A program made the translations under genes and the position numbers. This document shows, piece by piece, positions 57,766 through 64,000 of a stretch of DNA of 64,000 nt (positions are counted from its first letter, which is position 1; every line of letters begins with the position of its first letter). Under the pieces are notes generated by a model that searched no databases, was not told the DNA's origin, and worked only from the letters and a program-made list of their open reading frames with translations. Source of the DNA: Candidatus Latescibacterota bacterium (GTDB lineage: Bacteria > Latescibacterota > UBA2968); NCBI GenBank assembly GCA_965222605.1, contig OZ244960.1:3424001-3488000 (forward strand), written 5' to 3'.

Positions 57766-59329
57766 GTAACTATTTAGGTATGTGAGTAATCAAGGGTATA
57801 GTTGTGTTCTTTCAAGACCAGTGCAAGTTCTTTCAAGACAGGGATGCGCTGTTTTCTCAAGGTTGAGAGGAAGGCTTGGAGGCGTGCATATCTCTTGGCC
57901 CCTGCCAAGGTGCGAAAGCATGTGGCGACTTTCTGTTTGACTTTTGCCGGGCGCAAGTCTCGTTCGGCTTGATTATTGGTGAACGGGACAGCATGGTGAA
58001 AGGCAAAGGCCAATACCGCGTCTTGATGTGTGATGAGCCGTTGGAGTAAGTTATAGGCACGACTACCTTTTGCCCGTCCCTTCTTGCCAGTCTTCTTGAC
58101 AGGTGGCGGTTCCTTCTTTTGGGCATAAAGGAGCAGACGTTGATAGATTTGGCGGGCTTTGGGCTGCTTCGCTTCGGGCAGATTGGTTGTGCCTTGCACA
58201 CTCATGCGATAAAGGGCTAAGAGGAAGCGGTGCATGTGCTTGGCCCATCGGCTCCCATTCTCATAGGCATCGGTGAGTTCGCGCAGGAGATGTGCACCGC
58301 AAAGACTATGGCGACAAGGCCAAGAGGTGAAATAGCTCGCATAGCTATCGTGGACGGCCCAACCGGGGAAGGTGTTAAGCACCGAATCGGCTCCTTGCAA
58401 CGCCTCACGTCCCCGTTTTTGATGCACGAACAAATGTGTCTCGTGTCCTGTGCTTGAGACATGCAGCCAGTGCAGGCGGCCTGCTACCCTCAGTCCGGTC
58501 TCATCAAAATGCGCCACCGGACTTGCCATCAGCCGTTTCTTAATCACCGATTCGGTCTTTTCTAAGCCCCGATAGGCCAAGTCCAAGGCATCCTGTTGCG
58601 TGCTTTCATTGATGCCATGCCCAAACAGGTCTTCAAACAGATGCTTGATTTTCTTGAACGGAAGCCGATAGTCCACATTGAGCAGACAGGATAAGGCACG
58701 AACACGCGACCCATATTGCACCGGCGCAGAGATAGGAGGTGGAAAGCGAGAAGTGTGATAGGCGCCACAGCGCGAACAAGAACACCCAAAGGTCTGATAT
58801 TCGGTCACCACCATACGAGGCTCTGGCAGATCAAAGCATTGGCGACGCGCAAGCAGACTTTGGGCAGCGGTGGACAAATCCTGACCGCAAGAACACTTTT
58901 CAACCCGCAGGGGAACCACCACATCCGGGGTCTCAACCTGCGACAACGTTTGACCCTTATGACCGCGCAGACCACCGCGCCGACGCTTCTGACTCGACTT
59001 GGGAAAGGCTGGCTTTTTGCGATATCCCTCGCTGGATGGGGGACGATGGCTATTCTGGCTATCTTGACCTACTTGCCGCTTGAGGCGGGCATTTTCTTCG
59101 CGTAATTGCACGTTCTCTTCGCGTAATTGCTCAGTCTCAAGACTTAAGCACTCATGCCCTGCTTCCAAGTGCTCAATGCGACTTAATAACTCATCTATGA
59201 GGTGATGAAGGCCAACAATATCTTCTGGACGACGCAATTCCACATCCTTTCATTAAACAAAACATAAATCACTCACTCAGACATAGGATAGACTTTTATA
59301 ACCCTAAACGCAACAACCTAAATAGTTAC
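57766..59329 (-). mobile_element. IS66-family (single-ORF, ISBst12-like) insertion sequence
   Basis: Perfect 14-bp TIR GTAACTATTTAGGT; 8-bp TSD AAAAAATC (57758-57765, 59330-59337). Confidence 0.93.
57774..59243 (-). CDS. IS66-family transposase
   Basis: NSHRPPSS, Zn ribbon, HFDETG, CGAHLLREL, PFTNNQAERDLR. Confidence 0.93.
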   Translation of the reverse strand: MELRRPEDIVGLHHLIDELLSRIEHLEAGHECLSLETEQLREENVQLREENARLKRQVGQDSQNSHRPPSSEGYRKKPAFPKSSQKRRRGGLRGHKGQTLSQVETPDVVVPLRVEKCSCGQDLSTAAQSLLARRQCFDLPEPRMVVTEYQTFGCSCSRCGAYHTSRFPPPISAPVQYGSRVRALSCLLNVDYRLPFKKIKHLFEDLFGHGINESTQQDALDLAYRGLEKTESVIKKRLMASPVAHFDETGLRVAGRLHWLHVSSTGHETHLFVHQKRGREALQGADSVLNTFPGWAVHDSYASYFTSWPCRHSLCGAHLLRELTDAYENGSRWAKHMHRFLLALYRMSVQGTTNLPEAKQPKARQIYQRLLLYAQKKEPPPVKKTGKKGRAKGSRAYNLLQRLITHQDAVLAFAFHHAVPFTNNQAERDLRPAKVKQKVATCFRTLAGAKRYARLQAFLSTLRKQRIPVLKELALVLKEHNYTLDYSHT

Positions 59330-59380
59330 AAAAAATCAACACCTGTGAGGACAAGGGAGATACTCCGGGTCGGACTCCTC

Positions 59381-60358
59381 CTACAATGAACCCGAGAGGT
59401 TCAGGCGCAGGGGTGGGTCGAACAAATCGCCAAAATTGCTATACGACACGTCTAAGGCGATGTGTCGGCCACCGAATTTCCCCTTGATACCACCGCCAAT
59501 ACTCCAGGTTTCCACATCGTATCTGAGCTTATAACCCGCTCGAAGCGCGATGAGGTTCTGTATCCAGAGTTCTCCGCCCAGGTTCCAGCGTTGCTCGCGG
59601 TCGGTGAAAAAGGCACCTTCAAACGAGCCGGTCAGGGATACGGGATCGCCGAGGTTGCCGTACAACTCCATGGCTATTCCGGTGTGGAATACCAGGGGCA
59701 TTTCCGATTTTTCGCTCACGATTTCCTGCTCTCCGCCCAGGTTTTTCATATTCATGCCAAGGCGCAGGCTTTGAAAGCCCGTGTACATCAAGGTGCTGAC
59801 ATTCACGGAGACTGCGCTGAGCGTCTCTGGCCCCAGCGCGGATTGGACAAAGCGCAGGGCGGCGGCTGCCGAGAGCTTGTCGGTCAATTGATAGGCGTAA
59901 ACCAGGCCGACTGCGAGGTCACCCGAGGTCACCATAGCACCCGTGCCATCTGGTTCCATGGTGGTCGTTTCGGGCATATCGGGCAGGGAAAAGTTGACAA
60001 AGGAAACCCCCAGCACGCCCCACTGTCCGGTGTTATAGGCGAGAGATCCTGTGACAAATTTCGATTCGATCAGCCATTGGGTATAGCCAAAAGTATATCC
60101 AAACTTATCTACTTTGGTCAGCCCGGCCGGGTTCCAGATAATGCCGTCTATTCCATCGGATACCGCTGTAAAGGCATCGCCCATGCCCGCGATTCGGGCA
60201 TTGTTGGTCACTTTCAGAAAATTGAATGTGGATGGCTTGATCTTACTGCGGCCCTCTGGATTCAGAATTTCCTCGGCTTCTGGGAAGAGTTCCTGTGCCG
60301 AAGCCGGAACCGATAGGGCGAGCGCCATCAAAACGATCAGCAACATCGTATTTTTCAT
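59381..60358 (-). CDS. PorV/PorQ-family outer membrane barrel
   Basis: FLKVTNNARIAGMGDAFTA, WNPAGL, LRAGY. Confidence 0.88.
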   Translation of the reverse strand: MKNTMLLIVLMALALSVPASAQELFPEAEEILNPEGRSKIKPSTFNFLKVTNNARIAGMGDAFTAVSDGIDGIIWNPAGLTKVDKFGYTFGYTQWLIESKFVTGSLAYNTGQWGVLGVSFVNFSLPDMPETTTMEPDGTGAMVTSGDLAVGLVYAYQLTDKLSAAAALRFVQSALGPETLSAVSVNVSTLMYTGFQSLRLGMNMKNLGGEQEIVSEKSEMPLVFHTGIAMELYGNLGDPVSLTGSFEGAFFTDREQRWNLGGELWIQNLIALRAGYKLRYDVETWSIGGGIKGKFGGRHIALDVSYSNFGDLFDPPLRLNLSGSL

Positions 60359-60376
60359 AGCTTCAATCCTTGTGTT

Positions 60377-62713
60377 TTAACGGTTGATTATGAATGCGCC
60401 CTTGGTCTTGCGACCGCGACTGGAAGGCACGAGGGACTCCACCACGTAGAAGTACGCGGACGAGGTGGCCTCACCGGTGAGGAAGCGATCTTTCAATAGC
60501 CACTGTGCTTCCCCGGCCGTTGGGTCGTTGTGGTTGATTTCGGCAACGAGATCTCCCGAAACCGTGAAAATGGAGATTTTTGCCTGATGCGGCACACCGA
60601 CAAAGCGCAATTTAAGCGTGCCCTGATAATTGGATTGGGCTTGCGCCAGACTAAACGGATTGGGCACCACTACTACCGGAGTCTCCAGATTGTCGGCGGC
60701 GTCATTGGCTGCCAAAATTGGGCTGCCCGGAACGATCATGCGCTGTTCGGCTGCCGACCAACCGCTCTCCAAGCCGTTTTCCGTGAGGTGTTTGCGTATG
60801 GTCTCGGGCAAATCGGCAAGGGTTTTGGAGCCTTCGGACCAGGACGATTTGGGGCTGGCAACAGAGCGCACATTGTAGGCAAATTGGAATCCAGCCAGCG
60901 AATTTTCATCCACCCAGGTGTACGTGCCGCCCTGGTCGGCTGAGACCTCGCCCACCAGTTCCCACGGCCCGGTCTCTTGCCAGATCGAGCGATAGATCCG
61001 ATAGCCGGTCACATCGGCCTGGCCGTATTCGGGGTTGATGGCTTTTTCGGCGGCATCTGACCACGTCAGCGTAATTTTGGCCTGGGCATTGCTCCCCTGG
61101 AAAAAATCTACATCCGGGGGGGCGTTGGGTATCTGGTACTCGTTGTCATAGGCAAATTGCGCGTGGTTTAGATGCCGCAGCATGGCCTCTTCGCCTTTGG
61201 CCAAAAGCGATTTGCGGGCGTCTGGTCCAACATCGCCCACGTTCCACGACCACCTGGTGATGTCATGGGCATAACCCGTCTGGCTGTTGATGTCAAATTC
61301 GGCGGATGATCCAAATCCGTAGGCCAGCACGATTTTGGCTTTTTGCCCGGGTGACAGGCTATACGGACCAAAGATCATGTCTTCCCACTGCATCTGTTCA
61401 GAGGGCGGATTGTCCATTGTGGGCGAGGTAAAAAAGTCGTATTGGGCGCCCATGCTCAATGCGCCCCGTGTGGGGTCGTCGATGTTGCGGCGGCCAAATA
61501 CTTCATACCAGTGCGACAGGGGTTCGCCCTGTGGATCGACAAAGCCCTCTGTTGCGTCTGCGGCGTTGAACATGTGACTCGCTCCGGCATTGCGAAACGC
61601 CAGGGGCGCCATAAACTGATAGGCTGGCGCAATGGGCATGCCCTCGGGCCTGCTCCTGCTGCCCGGGAAGCCCCGCGCCTCCAGGTCCGAGAAGTAGGGG
61701 TCGCCCGTGTCTTCTTCAAAGCTGGACGGGGAATTGCCATCCCACTGGTACATGACGTATTTGCCCTGAAAATCCGCAGGCGACAGCCCGCTCAGGGAAT
61801 TGTTTGCGAAGTTGGATGCCTCGCTATAGCGATAGTGGTCGTCCAGCGCCTGCGTGCGGCGATAGGTAATCAGGCCACCTTCGTGCCCATAGCGATAGGC
61901 CGTGCCCGCATTGTTCACATACATCGAGTTCATCACGCCAAGGTAGGTATTGTCGAGTTGCTGTCCGCCCCGGTTCTCAAACTCGAGTTCGATGATAAAA
62001 AAGTCGTCGAAATCCTGATGGCTCCACGCATGTGCTCTGCGCGTTACCACGACATTGTGTTGCGTCTGCCACTGCGTAATATGGATTTCCTCACCTGCAT
62101 TTTGCACGGGCGGATAAATGCCATAATCGAAGTTGTGAATTTCGTAGGGGCGCAAGTTGGCCGGGTCAACGGATTGAGGCGTGGCCCCCTGCCACCAGTT
62201 GGAGGTGGCTGTGCCCGGCCCTACCCCGCGGTTGGGTACCAGGGTCTGAATACCCCACGAGGCTTCTTTTGAGTTGGCGATGTCGTAATTCAACGGCACC
62301 ACGTCTTCGGTGGGTGTGCGCGGGCCTGTGACCGATACGTACTTTTCACCGTCCACATTGGTCAATACCAGCACACCTTCACCGGCCGAGTGCATGTTTG
62401 TAAAGCCCTTTTGCGCGGATGAGCCCCAGGCTTTGTCGCCCCAGTATTCCACAAATTCTTCGGTGCCTAACAGGGCGTACAATGAATACAATTCGCCCGG
62501 GTAGGACATTCTCATCATCACCCGAGAGGGCGTTACCTGATAGTGCATGCTCGAGGTACCGGAGTTGGTAAACGAGAGCCACACCAGCGACCGGGTCATG
62601 TGCCGCGACGCGCTATAGACCACCTGCGCTTGCGAATCTATTGTGCCGATTGAAATGAGGCACAGTACCATCAGACCCGACAGCCATTGGTTTTTCAAAT
62701 TTTTCAGAAACAT
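60377..62713 (-). CDS. Secreted protein with T9SS-CTD/FlgD-like C-terminal domain
   Basis: Signal peptide; WSHQDFDDFFI, FGPYSL, GYRIYRS, VVPNPF..LRFVGVP..ISIFTVSGDLV..YFYVV..GAFIINR; homologous to 11369-13486. Confidence 0.78.
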   Translation of the reverse strand: MFLKNLKNQWLSGLMVLCLISIGTIDSQAQVVYSASRHMTRSLVWLSFTNSGTSSMHYQVTPSRVMMRMSYPGELYSLYALLGTEEFVEYWGDKAWGSSAQKGFTNMHSAGEGVLVLTNVDGEKYVSVTGPRTPTEDVVPLNYDIANSKEASWGIQTLVPNRGVGPGTATSNWWQGATPQSVDPANLRPYEIHNFDYGIYPPVQNAGEEIHITQWQTQHNVVVTRRAHAWSHQDFDDFFIIELEFENRGGQQLDNTYLGVMNSMYVNNAGTAYRYGHEGGLITYRRTQALDDHYRYSEASNFANNSLSGLSPADFQGKYVMYQWDGNSPSSFEEDTGDPYFSDLEARGFPGSRSRPEGMPIAPAYQFMAPLAFRNAGASHMFNAADATEGFVDPQGEPLSHWYEVFGRRNIDDPTRGALSMGAQYDFFTSPTMDNPPSEQMQWEDMIFGPYSLSPGQKAKIVLAYGFGSSAEFDINSQTGYAHDITRWSWNVGDVGPDARKSLLAKGEEAMLRHLNHAQFAYDNEYQIPNAPPDVDFFQGSNAQAKITLTWSDAAEKAINPEYGQADVTGYRIYRSIWQETGPWELVGEVSADQGGTYTWVDENSLAGFQFAYNVRSVASPKSSWSEGSKTLADLPETIRKHLTENGLESGWSAAEQRMIVPGSPILAANDAADNLETPVVVVPNPFSLAQAQSNYQGTLKLRFVGVPHQAKISIFTVSGDLVAEINHNDPTAGEAQWLLKDRFLTGEATSSAYFYVVESLVPSSRGRKTKGAFIINR

Positions 62714-62734
62714 AGATATGATCCTCCTGTCAAA

Positions 62735-64000
62735 TTAAAACTTAAACCGCGCCCCGGCCACGATGGTTCGGGGTCTGCCCAGCCCGCCGTTGTAGCGGGT
62801 TAGTTCAGAAATATCGCCATAAGTATCGAACTTGCGGTCTCCGGGCGGCGGTTTTTGGAGGCCGTACTGGATCCAGCGGAAACCAGTGCCCGTGTCGTCG
62901 CGCTGTCCAAAGAGGTTGCGTACCTCCAGGAAAGTCGTGGCTTCGGTATTTTGCCCCAGTCCAAAGTCCTTTTCAAAGCTGACGTCTGTCAGTGTGGCGG
63001 GCGGGCCGTTGCGTCGTTCCCTCGGTCCGGTGGGTGGCGTGTACCAGAACGCGCCTCTGGTGTGCATCTGCCAGACCATGGTCGCGCGGAATCCGGCCAG
63101 GGCCACAATGTGGAAATCCGGCGGCGCAGAGAAGAGGAATTGCACGCTGGCAAAGTTGCGCCTGTCCAGACCGCCATCTAAGGTGGGAATGCTGTAGTAG
63201 GCGATATTGAAGGAGTACAGTCCGTCTTCGAGCAGCACCGGCTGTTCCCAGAATCCAGTGCTCTTTGGCTCTCTTACATCTGCTTTGGATTTGTATTTTT
63301 GGGCAATGACATCGGCCTGCGCTGCCAGTCTGCTCCGCTCTTCGGCCGTTGGTGCGCGGGGCACTTCTTGTCCGCTGGATTCCACGGTGACGCCGGCAAA
63401 GAACTTGTCGCTGTTCACATAGCGAGCCGAGGGGGCTATAAACCATTCCCAGGATGATTTGCCGCCCCGGTGCGCTTTGGCCCAGTTGACGTTGTAGGCC
63501 ACATACAGGGCGGTCATCTGGCTGAACTTTTTCTGGAAGGACAGCTCAAATCCGCGAGACGTGGCAAAGCGGCGATTGAAGAATGCATGAGTATATGAAG
63601 AGTTGAAGCCAAATACTGGCTCGTCGATGAAAAAGTCTGATCCACCGCTGGACAGCGTGCCTTCCTGGTCTTTGTAGAAAGCCGTTAGACCCAACACGTA
63701 ATCGCCGTAGAAGTTGTAGTCGAAGCCCACTTCAAAGTTGGTCGTGCGCTCGGGTTTCATGTTGATATTGCCAAATTCACCCGCCAGCGGATAGACCAGG
63801 GCGTTGAAAATTTCCATCTCGTCGATTTGTCCGTTGCCGTTCAGGTCTTTGTCTGGCCCCGTCGCCCGCCATGTGCGGTTGTAAAGGCTTTGCAAACCGA
63901 CAAACTGGTGGAAGCGTCCGGTGAAAAATCGGATGGTGGAACGCTCTGTGATGGGGTGTGAAATGCCCATGCGCGGGCTGATGGCCGTCTGCGTGGGCGA
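62735..64000 (-). CDS. TonB-dependent receptor, C-terminal part (start outside window)
   Basis: SPRMGISHPIT, KPERTTNFEVGF, FYKD, RGFEL, NLF, terminal PRTIVAGARFKF. Confidence 0.88.
   Translation of the reverse strand, partial: SPTQTAISPRMGISHPITERSTIRFFTGRFHQFVGLQSLYNRTWRATGPDKDLNGNGQIDEMEIFNALVYPLAGEFGNINMKPERTTNFEVGFDYNFYGDYVLGLTAFYKDQEGTLSSGGSDFFIDEPVFGFNSSYTHAFFNRRFATSRGFELSFQKKFSQMTALYVAYNVNWAKAHRGGKSSWEWFIAPSARYVNSDKFFAGVTVESSGQEVPRAPTAEERSRLAAQADVIAQKYKSKADVREPKSTGFWEQPVLLEDGLYSFNIAYYSIPTLDGGLDRRNFASVQFLFSAPPDFHIVALAGFRATMVWQMHTRGAFWYTPPTGPRERRNGPPATLTDVSFEKDFGLGQNTEATTFLEVRNLFGQRDDTGTGFRWIQYGLQKPPPGDRKFDTYGDISELTRYNGGLGRPRTIVAGARFKF

Noticed and set aside
53691-59329. Composite transposon formed by ISKra4 and IS66 around a DUF6785 gene
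   Set aside because: Different families, each with its own intact TSD, so they are independent insertions
1-64000. tRNA, rRNA, riboswitch or cas genes
   Set aside because: None recognised by eye; an Infernal/tRNAscan run would be needed to exclude small RNAs in 31.3-31.95 kb and 19.7-20.0 kb

Overview
Bacterial chromosomal segment. The gene content (TonB receptor / CTD-type secreted protein / PorV triads, GWxTD and DUF6785-type proteins, dockerin-like EF-hand tails, FN3/SwmB surface protein) suggests an FCB-related lineage such as Latescibacterota or Gemmatimonadota; this is inference only. 1-14.6 kb: catabolic genes, GWxTD and DUF6785-like genes, and a divergent TBDR-CTD protein-PorV operon. 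14.7-22.6 kb: decayed island with mazEF, orphan higA and abiEi whose toxins are reduced to stubs, a sigma54-activator pseudogene and IS982. 22.8-31.3 kb: hydrolases, MATE, PhyH and a TPR-GWxTD gene. 31.5-50.9 kb is the standout. A consensus sigma54 promoter with three palindromic candidate enhancer sites precedes a ~1960-aa surface protein (SwmB, 8x FN3, Ig, AT-rich Vps62/NPP1-like domain, Ig, dockerin-like). It is followed by a ~13-kb array in which 8 headless copies of that gene's 3' end alternate with 9 variable secreted-protein genes from two families; the 8 complete ones end in a beta-hairpin-Phe motif. This looks like an undescribed polymorphic cassette system. 51-64 kb: MNT-HEPN, two DUF6785 paralogs (one split by ISKra4), IS66 and a second TBDR-CTD-PorV triad. 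All family calls are by motif recognition, not database search.
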